Of a DNA stretch of 64,000 nucleotides, positions 18,640-28,887 are shown in pieces. The translations under genes and the position numbers were made by a program. Origin of the DNA: a bacterium (lineage in GTDB: Bacteria; UBP15; UBA6099); NCBI GenBank assembly GCA_035380865.1, contig DAOSYA010000007.1, positions 4,618-68,617 of the forward strand, read 5' to 3'. Positions within the stretch are counted from its first letter, which is position 1, and each line of letters starts with the position of its first letter. Below the pieces are notes generated by a model. The model did no database searches and was not told the origin of the DNA. It was given only the letters and a program-made list of their open reading frames with translations.

Positions 18640-19833
18640 TTAGTCTTGAACAAGTTTCCACGTTCCGTTTTCAACGCGAACCATAACGAAAGCTTCTTCC
18701 GTCAGGCCGGTATGCTCTTCGGGAGAGAAGTTGAATACTCCGCCGGTTCCAACAAACCCGGTTGTGTTTTCAATTTCCTCACGAATTTTGGCTTTATCGG
18801 CGCCGACCTTTTCAAGCGCGCCGACAACAAGCTTCAAAGAGTCATAAGCATGCCCGCCGAAAGTACTGACCGGCTTATTATACGTGTCCGTATAGTTTTT
18901 TGCATACTCCTGCAACACTTTTTTCTGAACATCGCTGTCCGGGAGCTGATCTGCGACAATGAGCCTGCCGGCAGGAAGCATCACGCCCTCGGCGGCTTCG
19001 CCCGCGAGTTCGATAAACTTCATGTTTGCAACGCCGTGGCTCTGGAACAGCGGCATATCCATATTCAGTTGTTTCATATTTCGTGTTACGACAGCCGGAC
19101 CCGGGTTGGTTCCCCAGCAAATTATCGCCTGCGCGCCGGCACCCTTGATGCGGGTAAGCTGCGGGGTCATATCCGTGTCTGTTCCGCCGAAAGACTCGAT
19201 CGCAACAATATCGAACCCGCGCTTGGGCGCCAGGTTTTCCATCTCCACGCGGCCACTCATCCCGTAAGCATTGCTGTCGTTGATAAAAGCGACTTTTTTG
19301 AGGCCTTCCTTTTCAAGGTAAGTGAGGATTTTCGATACCGCGTCACGGTCTGTCTGCGGGGTTTTGAAAACCCATGGCTTGATCGGTTCAACGATCTTCA
19401 CACTTGCAGCGCAGGAAACCAGCGTGGTTTCCGCTTCCTCGAAAGTTTTCACTATCGCGAGAGTTGTTCCACTTGTGCTAGGTCCGACAACCGCAAGAAC
19501 GTTTTTCTGTTCGATGAGTTTTTTCGCAGCAAGAAGCGCTTTTGTTTCGTCGCCTTCCGTGTCTTCAACATATAAATCGATTTTGTGGCCATTGATGCCG
19601 CCCGAAGCGTTGATCTCTTCAACAAGCATTTCGACTGTTTCCTTCTCGGGCTCCCCGAGAGGCGCGGCCCTTCCTGTAACGGCAAAAACAGCACCGATCC
19701 TGTAAGCTTCAAGCTCGGTTTTGTCCTGTTCGCCGGCGGGCGAGCAGCCCGTCAGCAATCCTGCTGTAATCACCAGTCCGACAAACATGATGAGGGAAAT
19801 CATCAGACTGAACTTTCTAGTCATAACACACAC
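18640..19833 (-). CDS. Liv-type ABC substrate-binding protein 2
   Basis: Paralogue of 14567..15742 with the same binding fold and a lipoprotein signal. Confidence 0.85.
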   Translation of the reverse strand: MCVMTRKFSLMISLIMFVGLVITAGLLTGCSPAGEQDKTELEAYRIGAVFAVTGRAAPLGEPEKETVEMLVEEINASGGINGHKIDLYVEDTEGDETKALLAAKKLIEQKNVLAVVGPSTSGTTLAIVKTFEEAETTLVSCAASVKIVEPIKPWVFKTPQTDRDAVSKILTYLEKEGLKKVAFINDSNAYGMSGRVEMENLAPKRGFDIVAIESFGGTDTDMTPQLTRIKGAGAQAIICWGTNPGPAVVTRNMKQLNMDMPLFQSHGVANMKFIELAGEAAEGVMLPAGRLIVADQLPDSDVQKKVLQEYAKNYTDTYNKPVSTFGGHAYDSLKLVVGALEKVGADKAKIREEIENTTGFVGTGGVFNFSPEEHTGLTEEAFVMVRVENGTWKLVQD

Positions 19834-19912
19834 CTTTCAAATTTTTTTGCGCTTTGCGGGAAGCGCTTCGAGCGGTTCAATACCGCTCCCCCGGCCTTAA
19901 GAAGAATAAATT

Positions 19913-20341
19913 TTAAAGGTTATTTGCTTCTTCTTCTGATAAAGTTTTTATCCCTCCCTTCTCGAGCAGTGCTATCGCACCTTCATTGTTTTCCACTCTT
20001 AAAATCACAACCGCATTGTCGCGTGACTTTGTTACAAACGCATACAGGTATTCAACGTTTATGCCGTTTTCCTGCAACATCTGAAGCATGCCTGCAAGCC
20101 CGCCCGGGCTATCCGGCACCTCCGCCGCAACAACTTCCGTCGCGCTTGCGGTGAAGCCTCTTTCCTTCAACACTTTCAATGTTTTTTCGGTATCGCTGAC
20201 AATACACCTGAGTATTCCGAAATCGGAGGTGTCGGCCACCGAAAGAGCACGGATATTCACACCCGACTCTCCTATCGCTTCCGTCGCTTCCGCGAGTCTA
20301 CCGGATTTGTTCTCAAGAAACACAGATATTTGCTTTACCAT
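19913..20341 (-). CDS. tandem ACT-domain protein
   Basis: 142 aa with two ACT-like repeats; ~40% identical paralogue at 52588..53022; this family typically accompanies PaaK-like ligases. Confidence 0.75.
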   Translation of the reverse strand: MVKQISVFLENKSGRLAEATEAIGESGVNIRALSVADTSDFGILRCIVSDTEKTLKVLKERGFTASATEVVAAEVPDSPGGLAGMLQMLQENGINVEYLYAFVTKSRDNAVVILRVENNEGAIALLEKGGIKTLSEEEANNL

Positions 20342-20430
20342 TTAGTATCTCCCCTTCACCAGTTTTTCGGGCTCTGGACCCGCTGTTCGATTTAGCTTTA
20401 ACGGACGTTTATCAAGTATTTTAACCTCAA

Positions 20431-21756
20431 TCACGCCTTGTCGTAAACCGATCTCTTATCCACGATTCGTTTCGCCTTGCCCTCGGATCTCTGGATCGTT
20501 TTCGGCTCGACCAGCTTGAGATTAACCGAAATCAGAAGACTGCTCTCGAGCACCGCCCTGATTCCTTTCTCCAGCTTTTCCAATCCCCTGATCTCATCGC
20601 TGAACGCCTTCTCTGAAACTTCCACCCATATCTCAAGCGTGTCCATCGTTCCCTTGCGATCCACAACGATCTGATAATGCGGCTCGACATCAGGAATTTT
20701 CACCAGGACCGATTCGATCTGGCTCGGATACACGTTCACTCCCCTGACGATAAGCATATCATCCGTCCTGCCGGTTACCCTCTGCATCCTGACATGGGTT
20801 CTGCCGCACTCGCACTCGCCGGGAATCAGCTTCGATATATCTCTCGTGCGATACCTGAGCACCGGGAAAGCTTCCTTCGTCAGCGTGGTAAAAACCAGTT
20901 CTCCCATTTCGCCGTCCGCGACGGGCTTCTCCGTCACCGGGTCGATTATTTCAGGCAGGAAATGATCGTCGAAAACATGTAGCCCGTTTTTCACCATGCA
21001 TTCCGATGAAACACCGGGGCCGATGACTTCCGTAAGCCCGTAAATATCTATCGCGTCAATCTTCAGTTTTTCTTCAATCTGCTCTCTGAGTTCCCGGGTC
21101 CAGGGTTCCGCTCCGAGAAACGCCGTGTTGAGCTTGAGATCGGCAGGATCTATTCCCTGTTCGAGCAATACTTCGCCAAGCCTGAGACAATATGACGGAG
21201 TGGAACAGAGCTTCGTCGAGCCGAAATCCTGCATCACCAGAACCTGGCGGGCGGTGTTGCCGCCGGAAATCGGCACCACGGCGGCCCCGATCTTTTCGGC
21301 CCCGTAATGAGCGCCGAGCCCGCCGGTGAACAGACCATACCCGTAGGCGTTCTGCACGACATCTTTGTTTGTCGTGTTTCCGCAACCAAGCGTCCTCGCC
21401 ATCACTTCGGCCCACGTGTCTATGTCGTTCCTCGTGTAACCCGCGACCTTTGGTTTGCCCGTCGTCCCGGACGACGAATGAATTCTTATAACATCGTCCA
21501 TCGGAACCGCGAACATGCCGAACGGATAGTTCGCCGCTAGGTCTTCCTTTGTCGTGAAAGGCAGTTTCGCAAGATCGCCAAGCTCTTTAACATCCCCGGG
21601 TTCCATCCCGATGTCCTTCATCTTTTTATTATACAAAGGCACATTCACGTAAATCCGGGCAACCAGAGCTTTGAGCCTTTCAAGCTGGAGCTCCTTTTTC
21701 TTTTCGAGCCCCATGCACTCACACTCTTTGTTCCAAATAACTTCCTGCTTTGACAT
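20431..21756 (-). CDS. phenylacetate-CoA ligase family aryl-CoA ligase (second copy)
   Basis: [14 protein letters not shown]-binding motif; PaaK family. Confidence 0.85.
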   Translation of the reverse strand: MSKQEVIWNKECECMGLEKKKELQLERLKALVARIYVNVPLYNKKMKDIGMEPGDVKELGDLAKLPFTTKEDLAANYPFGMFAVPMDDVIRIHSSSGTTGKPKVAGYTRNDIDTWAEVMARTLGCGNTTNKDVVQNAYGYGLFTGGLGAHYGAEKIGAAVVPISGGNTARQVLVMQDFGSTKLCSTPSYCLRLGEVLLEQGIDPADLKLNTAFLGAEPWTRELREQIEEKLKIDAIDIYGLTEVIGPGVSSECMVKNGLHVFDDHFLPEIIDPVTEKPVADGEMGELVFTTLTKEAFPVLRYRTRDISKLIPGECECGRTHVRMQRVTGRTDDMLIVRGVNVYPSQIESVLVKIPDVEPHYQIVVDRKGTMDTLEIWVEVSEKAFSDEIRGLEKLEKGIRAVLESSLLISVNLKLVEPKTIQRSEGKAKRIVDKRSVYDKA

Positions 21757-21774
21757 CTCGTTACACCTCTTTCC

Positions 21775-22389
21775 TCAATCTTGATTGCTGAACTGTATTC
21801 CTCTGTCGAATGCCCTGTTGTTGATGTCCAGCAGCTTTGGCGGAAGTATATCCTTCAATGTTTTACCCCATGCTTTCCTGCCTACAGGCAGGTATCCGGC
21901 AAGAACTCCCGTGAGCAGAACGTTTACAACACGTTCGTTGCCGATCTCGCACGCCTCCGCCGCGGCGGGGATAATACTGATTTTTTTCGTCTTCTTTTTC
22001 AACTGTTCGACTATATCGCCGGGATATTCCTGTTCACCCGCCGATACCGACGGTGGGTCTATCCTCTGATCGTTAATGATAACCGTCGTCTTTTTCGAAA
22101 TGTACTGCATGTACCGCAGCACTTCGAGCCTCTCGAAAGAGAGCACATAGTCCGCTTCAAGCGCGGGAACCAGTGGCGAATACACTTTTTCGCCCGCCCT
22201 TATGTGGCTTGAAACCGCGCCGCCGCGCTGCGCCATTCCATGAACCTCGGATTGCTTCACATCATAACCCGCATCTACAAAAGCCTGCGCTATGATACGG
22301 CTCGCCAGTATTATCCCCTGGCCTCCGACCCCTACTATAAGAATGTTTATATTTTCTTTTTCAGCCATTTTATTCATCCCTTTTCTCAT
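21775..22389 (-). CDS. iorB: indolepyruvate:ferredoxin oxidoreductase subunit beta
   Basis: ILIVGVGGQGIILASRIIAQA pyruvate/ketoisovalerate-oxidoreductase gamma-like domain; immediately downstream of iorA. Confidence 0.85.
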   Translation of the reverse strand: MRKGMNKMAEKENINILIVGVGGQGIILASRIIAQAFVDAGYDVKQSEVHGMAQRGGAVSSHIRAGEKVYSPLVPALEADYVLSFERLEVLRYMQYISKKTTVIINDQRIDPPSVSAGEQEYPGDIVEQLKKKTKKISIIPAAAEACEIGNERVVNVLLTGVLAGYLPVGRKAWGKTLKDILPPKLLDINNRAFDRGIQFSNQD

Positions 22390-22407
22390 TCGTCTCGTAC
22401 TGCCCGG

Positions 22408-24156
22408 CTAGACCGAACATTTCTTTCCGCTCTTGACTCTGGATATCGCATTGAATGCGCATATCTGCGAGCAGACACTGCACCCGTTGCACATGTGCTC
22501 AACGATCGTGGCCTTGTTCCCGGTCCGCGTGATCGCCGGACAATTGATCTTCAGGCACATGCCGCACTCTTTGCATTTATCCGGATCAACCTGGAAAGGA
22601 GTCGTCCTGACCCTGTATATCAGCGGGCACGGCGCGCGCGATATCACGATGCTGGGCTCCTCGATTTTCATTTCCTTTTTAACCAGCTCGCGCGTCTTCT
22701 TAATCTCGAAAGGATTAACGGTGAAAACCCGCTTCACACCCATCGCCTTGCAGAGTTCTTCGAAATCGACGGCGTTCGTTTCATCGCCCTTCAGCGTTTT
22801 GCCCGTCGCGGGATGCTGCTGGCCGCCGGTCATCGCCGTTGTGCGGTTGTCCAGAATTATCACCGTGTTCATGCCCTTGTTGTATGCCATCTGAAGCACG
22901 CCCGTAAGCCCGCTGTGCAGGAATGTCGAATCCCCGAGCACGCCTACGCTGGGCGTTGTATCATTTGCGCCTACCTTGCTGTAGCCATAAGAGACACCGA
23001 TGCTCGCGCCCATGCACACACATGAATCATGCATGCTCAACGGCGGCAGAACACTCAGCGTGTAGCAGCCGATATCTCCGAACACTATCGGCTTGAGCGG
23101 CTTAATCGAACTGAAAAGCGCGCGATGCGGGCAGCCGGGACAAAGATTCGGCGGTCTCTTCGGCAGCCGGGACACATCCTCGGACACATGTGGTTTTCTT
23201 CTCTTTATAAACGAATCGCGCACAACATCAGGGTTCAGCTCATCGATGACAGGCAGCTTTTCTTTCCCGATAACGCTTATGCCCTGCGCTTTTATCTGCT
23301 CTTCCATGAAAGGCTCCAGCTCTTCGACAACGTAGAGCTTCTTTTTGCCCTTCGCAAACTTCTTTATCATTTTCACAGGCAACGGGTTCGTGATCCCGAG
23401 CTTCAGGAAATGAGCCTCGGGAAAAACTTCTCTCGCGTACTGGTATGCCACGCCGGCTGAAATTACACCGATATCTCCCCTGCCTTTTTCGATCTCATTA
23501 ATTGGCGACGCCTCGGCATAATCCCGAACCATGGCCTGCCTTGCCTCGACAACCCTGTGTCTCATCCTCGCGTTCACCGGAACCATTACGTATTTCTGAG
23601 GATCCTTCACAAACGGCTTCTGCTTCACATTCTTTCTTTTTTCAAGCTCGACAATCCCTCTCGAATGGCTGATCCGGGTAGTCACCCTCACCATGACCGG
23701 GGTGTCGTATTTCTCGCTCAACTGGAAAGCGAGTTTCACGTAATCCTTTGCTTCCTGGCTGCTCGACGGCTCGAGCATGGTAACTTTCGCCAGCCGCGCA
23801 TAATACCTGTTGTCCTGCTCGTTCTGGGAGCTGTGCATCGCCGGGTCATCCGCACAGATAAGAACCAGCCCTCCGTTCACACCCGTATAACTCAGAGTGC
23901 AAAACGGGTCTGCTGCTACGTTCAGCCCCACATGTTTCATGCACACAAGCGTCCTGACGCCACCGAAAGATGCCCCTATCGCAGATTCGAAAGCAACCTT
24001 TTCGTTCGGAGCCCACTCAGCGTGGACTTCTTCGTATTTGCTTATCGCCTCCGTGATTTCCGTGCTCGGCGTGCCGGGATAGGCTGATGCGAATGTCACG
24101 CCGGCCTCCCATGCGCCCCTTGCAATAGCCTCATTTCCTGTCAGCAACTTTTTCAT
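22408..24156 (-). CDS. iorA: indolepyruvate:ferredoxin oxidoreductase subunit alpha
   Basis: 582 aa, N-terminal MKKLLTGNEAIARGAWEAGV, TPP-binding region, two C-terminal CxxCxxCxxxCP 4Fe-4S motifs. Confidence 0.9.
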   Translation of the reverse strand: MKKLLTGNEAIARGAWEAGVTFASAYPGTPSTEITEAISKYEEVHAEWAPNEKVAFESAIGASFGGVRTLVCMKHVGLNVAADPFCTLSYTGVNGGLVLICADDPAMHSSQNEQDNRYYARLAKVTMLEPSSSQEAKDYVKLAFQLSEKYDTPVMVRVTTRISHSRGIVELEKRKNVKQKPFVKDPQKYVMVPVNARMRHRVVEARQAMVRDYAEASPINEIEKGRGDIGVISAGVAYQYAREVFPEAHFLKLGITNPLPVKMIKKFAKGKKKLYVVEELEPFMEEQIKAQGISVIGKEKLPVIDELNPDVVRDSFIKRRKPHVSEDVSRLPKRPPNLCPGCPHRALFSSIKPLKPIVFGDIGCYTLSVLPPLSMHDSCVCMGASIGVSYGYSKVGANDTTPSVGVLGDSTFLHSGLTGVLQMAYNKGMNTVIILDNRTTAMTGGQQHPATGKTLKGDETNAVDFEELCKAMGVKRVFTVNPFEIKKTRELVKKEMKIEEPSIVISRAPCPLIYRVRTTPFQVDPDKCKECGMCLKINCPAITRTGNKATIVEHMCNGCSVCSQICAFNAISRVKSGKKCSV

Positions 24157-24559
24157 TTTTCTATAACCTTCTTTGCATTATTAAATACATTTCAGCTTAT
24201 GCCGCCCCCCCCCGGAAAGCGAGCATTCTCCGGGAGAAAAGCAATGCTATTAAAAAGTAAAATACTGATAAGAGTAAAACTTAAAAGATAAGAATGTCTG
24301 CCATTTGTGGATAAATGTCACTGCCTTCATGCATTTTTCAAGTGTTCTGTTTCCATATAAACTTAAAGCCGGCTTGTATCCGGCTTCCATTCTGTTACAC
24401 AATCCCAATATCAAAGCACGGGTGGCTATACGTGTACCGTAACCGTCGGCTTCTCGCGTGCATGTCCTCTTTAAGCTGCGAACCCCATGTAGATAACCCT
24501 GCTCGTACTTGATTTACTAAACAGAATAATATAGCCGCTATACAATAATTTGTCGAGGT

Positions 24560-25447
24560 CTAGAAATCTTTTTTTGTAAGATCGTTCGTTTTGACATCCG
24601 TCCATGTTTTTACGTAATATTGCTCGCCATTCTTTTGCTTCACATCCAGTTTGCGTAAAAGAAGTTCATCCACGTCGAACAGATAGCTGATTTTCCCATG
24701 ATTTCCTCTCGTGAACTCATCGAGCTCTTCGTTGAATTTCCACTGAACCTGCTCCGGGATACCCCATTTTTCGTATTCCCCGGCGGCGGCGGCTCCCGTC
24801 TCGTCTCCCGTAAACTCGAACGTCACCCTGTAGCACTTATGCCCGTCAAAATCCTCTACCCCTTCGAGCACGGGGTCTTTCGCCTTCAGCAGGCCTTCGA
24901 TTTTCATAAAATTAAGATGCCATGTCGAGTAGAAAAAGCTTCCCGAAACCGTTTCTGTTCCCCTTTTTATCCCGATCGGGCTGATGCGGGGCTTCAACGT
25001 CCAGTATTTTCCTTTTTTCTTGTCCGGCCTGTATGTCATAACCGCACCCTGAAGGATCGACGGCACATAATCGTTCTTTTCGAGATGCATCTGGAGAAAA
25101 TACGGTTTCATGAACTTGAAAAGCCCTTCATAAACCATCCACTTGGGCTCCGAGGCGTCAACCTCTTCCACATCACCCGTGAATCTCGAAGCCAGGCTGT
25201 TCTTGCTCGCTTCACCTGTAAGCGACTTTGTTTTCTCAGCTGTTTTTCCGAGATCAAAATCCCAGCCTTCGCTTTTCAAATAATAGGAATAACTGTCGAG
25301 CGCCATCATTTTATCTTTTGCTTCGCTCAAAATTTCTTTCGGATCGGTGAGTTCCTGCCCGAGGCATGAGACCGATATTAAAAGCAAAAAGATCGAAACC
25401 GGAAATAATATTTTTCTTTTCATTTTACGCGCTCCCCCTTTAAACAA
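24560..25447 (-). CDS. hypothetical secreted protein (possible LolA-like fold)
   Basis: Signal peptide (KILFPVSIFLLLISVSCLG); likely true start at MKRKILF; no recognisable catalytic motif. Confidence 0.5.
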   Translation of the reverse strand: MFKGGARKMKRKILFPVSIFLLLISVSCLGQELTDPKEILSEAKDKMMALDSYSYYLKSEGWDFDLGKTAEKTKSLTGEASKNSLASRFTGDVEEVDASEPKWMVYEGLFKFMKPYFLQMHLEKNDYVPSILQGAVMTYRPDKKKGKYWTLKPRISPIGIKRGTETVSGSFFYSTWHLNFMKIEGLLKAKDPVLEGVEDFDGHKCYRVTFEFTGDETGAAAAGEYEKWGIPEQVQWKFNEELDEFTRGNHGKISYLFDVDELLLRKLDVKQKNGEQYYVKTWTDVKTNDLTKKDF

Positions 25448-25598
25448 CCTTTATAAAGCCCGGTAGTAATTCTGGAATTTATCATAAAGTTAATTTCCCG
25501 TCAAAATTTGAAATAATAATCCAATATTAATTTGAAATTGACCTCGTAACTTTTTAAATGTTAGAATCTGTGTTCAAATGAAACAGGGAGAGGTGCAT

Positions 25599-27311
25599 AT
25601 GGCTGAATTGATTGCAGGCGAACTCCTCATGGAATGTATCGCGAACCAGGGCCCGGCCCCGATATTTTCAATACCGGACGGGACTTATAACATCATATTT
25701 TCCTGGGCTCACGATCATGCAGAGGAAAGGGAAATGACTTTCGTAACGCCGAGACACGAGGCGGCGGGAGTCCACATGGCAGACGCATTCGCTAGAGTTA
25801 CGGGAAGACCGGCGGTAACTGTTCTCGGAGCAGGGCCGGGTTCCGCTAATGGAATATCGGGCGTAATATGCGCATATTGCGAAGAGATACCGATGATTGT
25901 GGTAACAACCACAAGGCGCTCGGATCTGGTTTATCCTCCACGCGGAGGAATGCAGGTTTACGACCAGAAAGCAGCCTTCGAATCAGTATGCAAGTACAAT
26001 GCCCGAATTACAAATCCGGAAAGAATTCCGGAGATTGTAGCCACCGCATATAAAGAAGCAATGACCGGCATACCCGGTCCGGTTCACATCGAAATTCCGG
26101 AAGACATCATGAACTCGAAAGTTGACGTGGACACATATCCGCCGACGCCGAAAGTTGATATTGAAGCGCTACAGTGTGGCGCAGACCCGGAACTCATCGA
26201 GAAAGCGGCAAAAATGCTCGTCGAATCAGACGAACCGATGATTCATGCCGGAGCCGCCGTTCAGAGAACCGGCTGCTCGGATGATCTGGTCGCTCTCGCC
26301 GAATATCTCGGCTGCCCGGTCACAACATCGCCCGGCGCACGTGGAGCTATCTCGGAATACCACCCGAACAGCATCCACACGGTATGCGGCATGGCGCGCG
26401 CAGCGCTTTCACAGGCGAAAACGGTTCTCGCCATCGGCGCAAAGTTCGGAGAACTCGACTTCTTCGGCAAACCGCCGCTCTGGGGACCTCCAGGATCACA
26501 GGTTCTCATCCACAACCACATCGCTCCCGAGCGCATCGGCATGAACAAACCCGCCGATCTCGCTCTCGTGGGCTCCGCTCCCGTGGTTCTCAAACAACTG
26601 CTCGCGGCTGTCAAGAAACTCACCGATAAACGCGAACCGCATCCGAGACTCAAACAGTACAAAGATCTCGTGAATATGTGGGAAATGGATCAGAACGAGA
26701 AAGCGGAAAAAACCGATAATCCGATGATTACCGGCCGCGCGATCAAAATCGCCCGCGAGTTCTTCCCGAAAGATTCCATATATGTCATGGACGGCGGAAA
26801 CACCAGCCTGTGGTCTTCGAACTACACGCGCATCGGTGCTCCCCGCAGCCTGATGTGGACTTCGGAATTCGGACACCTCGGCACAGGCCTGCCGTTCGCG
26901 ATCGGCGCGAAACTCGCCGCCCCCGATAAACAGGTCTGCCTTATCAGTGGAGACAGCGCTTTCGGTTTCAATATCCAGGCGCTCGAAACCGCCAGAAGGC
27001 TCTGCACTCCGTTCGTGGCGATCGTTGCCGTGGACACGGCATGGGGCATGGAAAAAACCGCCCAGGAACGCTGCTTCGGCCACAAGGATTTCTACGTAAA
27101 CTGCGTGCATCACGAGATCCGCTACGACAAGATCGCTCAGGCGATGGATTGCTTCGGCGCTTACGCGAAATCCGTCGAGGAATTCAAAAAAGCGCTTCAG
27201 GATGCAGTTGATTCAAAGCTTCCCGCAGTCATCCACCTCGAAGTCGATGTTGAAGCCAACATCTATCCTCCGGGAACGGATCTCTGGTCCGGAAGCCACA
27301 AAACGAAATAA
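25599..27311 (+). CDS. thiamine-pyrophosphate-dependent enzyme, acetolactate-synthase/benzoylformate-decarboxylase family
   Basis: Start revised to MAELIAG (gggagaggtg SD upstream); N-terminal TPP-Pyr domain, central domain, C-terminal TPP-binding GDSAFGFN motif. Confidence 0.8.
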   Translation: MAELIAGELLMECIANQGPAPIFSIPDGTYNIIFSWAHDHAEEREMTFVTPRHEAAGVHMADAFARVTGRPAVTVLGAGPGSANGISGVICAYCEEIPMIVVTTTRRSDLVYPPRGGMQVYDQKAAFESVCKYNARITNPERIPEIVATAYKEAMTGIPGPVHIEIPEDIMNSKVDVDTYPPTPKVDIEALQCGADPELIEKAAKMLVESDEPMIHAGAAVQRTGCSDDLVALAEYLGCPVTTSPGARGAISEYHPNSIHTVCGMARAALSQAKTVLAIGAKFGELDFFGKPPLWGPPGSQVLIHNHIAPERIGMNKPADLALVGSAPVVLKQLLAAVKKLTDKREPHPRLKQYKDLVNMWEMDQNEKAEKTDNPMITGRAIKIAREFFPKDSIYVMDGGNTSLWSSNYTRIGAPRSLMWTSEFGHLGTGLPFAIGAKLAAPDKQVCLISGDSAFGFNIQALETARRLCTPFVAIVAVDTAWGMEKTAQERCFGHKDFYVNCVHHEIRYDKIAQAMDCFGAYAKSVEEFKKALQDAVDSKLPAVIHLEVDVEANIYPPGTDLWSGSHKTK

Positions 27312-27333
27312 TTTTTATTCTGTCAAATAACTC

Positions 27334-27366
27334 AAAACCGCCGGCCAAAACCGGCGGTTTTTTTAT
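27334..27366 (+). terminator. rho-independent terminator
   Basis: aaaaccgccggccaaaaccggcggttttttt: GC stem, small loop, U-run. Confidence 0.65.
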
Positions 27367-27438
27367 TTCCGGAAATTACCTTTTTAAATGTTTAATATAT
27401 CTATATAATAGAGCCGACACGCGGAATTAATTTTTATA

Positions 27439-28491
27439 ATGGAAGGCGGAATCACTTTGAGCGATTTCCCGATGCAGTTTAAAGACTGCTATGCAATGAC
27501 ACAGCTTCCCTACTTCAAACTCGATGAGAACGGAAAACCGGCGCTGGATATTCCCGACGCTCCACCCATTGTGGATTTTCACACTCACCTCGGGTTCTTT
27601 TTCCTGTTCGCATCCCCGATCAACTACCAGGCGAAAACGCCCAGTGTGAAACACAATTTTCCAATGCGAAGAGGCGCGGTAGACCTGAGCATCTACTCGG
27701 GCGTGAACCTGACACAGATACGGCGCAACGGCATGTTCGCGGATCATGGCCGCTCGATTTTCACCAACAAGGGCCCTAACGCGACTTTCACCGTACCCAA
27801 CATTCTCGACGAAATGAACCGCTTCAATGTCAGCAAAGCAGTAGTTCTGGCAATAGATTTCGCGGTCGGCTCCAACCTGTCGGAAACCTATATCGATGCC
27901 ACGCAGGGTAACGAACGGCTTATCAATTTCTGCGGGATCAACCCGTTCTGGCCGGACATCGAGGAAAAAGTCGAAAAGTTCGTGGAACTGGGCGCGCGCG
28001 GGCTTAAAGTTCATCCTTATGCGCATCTCGCCGGGCCGGACCACCCGAAAGTCATCCGTCTGCTCGAAGCATGGGATAAAACCGGGCTGCCGGTCCTGTT
28101 CCACACCGCATTCAACGGACTCGAACCGGGCCCGCTCAGAAAACTGGCCGGAATGGATAGATACGAAAAAGCGCTCTCGATGTTCCCCGGCACGACATTC
28201 ATCCTTGGGCATGCCGGAATGAACGACTACAACATTGCTCTCGATTACGCGGACCGGTTTGAAAATGTATATCTTGAAATCGGCGGACACCCGCCGCACC
28301 ACATACAGGACATGATCGAGCGCATCGGGTATGAAAGACTGCTTTATGGGACAGACTGGCCGTTCTACCCGTTCATCCTTCCGCTCGCAAAAGTCCTTAT
28401 GGCAACAGATGGCGAAAAGGAAGCGAGGAACGCCATCCTGTCCGGCAACGGGCTGAAACTGATCGAACAGGCTGAAGCCGCCGTGAAATGA
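27439..28491 (+). CDS. amidohydrolase_2 (ACMSD-like TIM-barrel metal-dependent hydrolase/decarboxylase) family protein
   Basis: VDFHTHLG N-terminal metal-binding motif, HAG...GTDWPF C-terminal motif typical of PF04909. Confidence 0.75.
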   Translation: MEGGITLSDFPMQFKDCYAMTQLPYFKLDENGKPALDIPDAPPIVDFHTHLGFFFLFASPINYQAKTPSVKHNFPMRRGAVDLSIYSGVNLTQIRRNGMFADHGRSIFTNKGPNATFTVPNILDEMNRFNVSKAVVLAIDFAVGSNLSETYIDATQGNERLINFCGINPFWPDIEEKVEKFVELGARGLKVHPYAHLAGPDHPKVIRLLEAWDKTGLPVLFHTAFNGLEPGPLRKLAGMDRYEKALSMFPGTTFILGHAGMNDYNIALDYADRFENVYLEIGGHPPHHIQDMIERIGYERLLYGTDWPFYPFILPLAKVLMATDGEKEARNAILSGNGLKLIEQAEAAVK

Positions 28492-28492
28492 A

Positions 28493-28722
28493 CTACCCCG
28501 CCGCAAGCGGTCGGGGTATCAAAATACGTGAGAAAACTTTTGAAAAAGTTTTCTCACACTCTTTCAAAACTTCTAGACGAGAAGAGCGACAAGCGCGCTT
28601 CTCTCCACAATATTACCGCTCAACACCGGCAATCCTAGCCTGGATTTCTCTGTGAGAAATCCAGGCTAATCCCAATACCGTTAACTCTGTCATTCCGGGC
28701 CGAGGCCTTTCGGCCCGAGGCC
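28493..28722. repeat. nest of at least five consecutive hairpin modules in a convergent gap
   Basis: Five perfect or near-perfect palindromes in series: ccccgccgcaagcggtcgggg; gtgagaaaacttttgaaaaagttttctcac; gagaagagcg..cgcgcttctctc; gcctggatttctctgtgagaaatccaggc; gtcattccgggccgaggcctttcggcccgaggcccggaatc. Confidence 0.65.
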
Positions 28723-28887
28723 CGGAATCCAGGGGACAGGATGTCAGGGAGATTTCATGGGGCGGAAGGGTTTTTACCTTAAGTTAACAGTATCGAGGCT
28801 AACCCCGGTGCAAGCACCGAGGTATTCTTCTCAATAAAATTGTCTGCCGGTGTGATAATTGAATGATCCTGTGGCTGCCGCGATTAT

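Noticed and set aside
27427-28506. 359-aa minus-strand ORF
   Set aside because: Antisense to the amidohydrolase_2 gene; no motifs.
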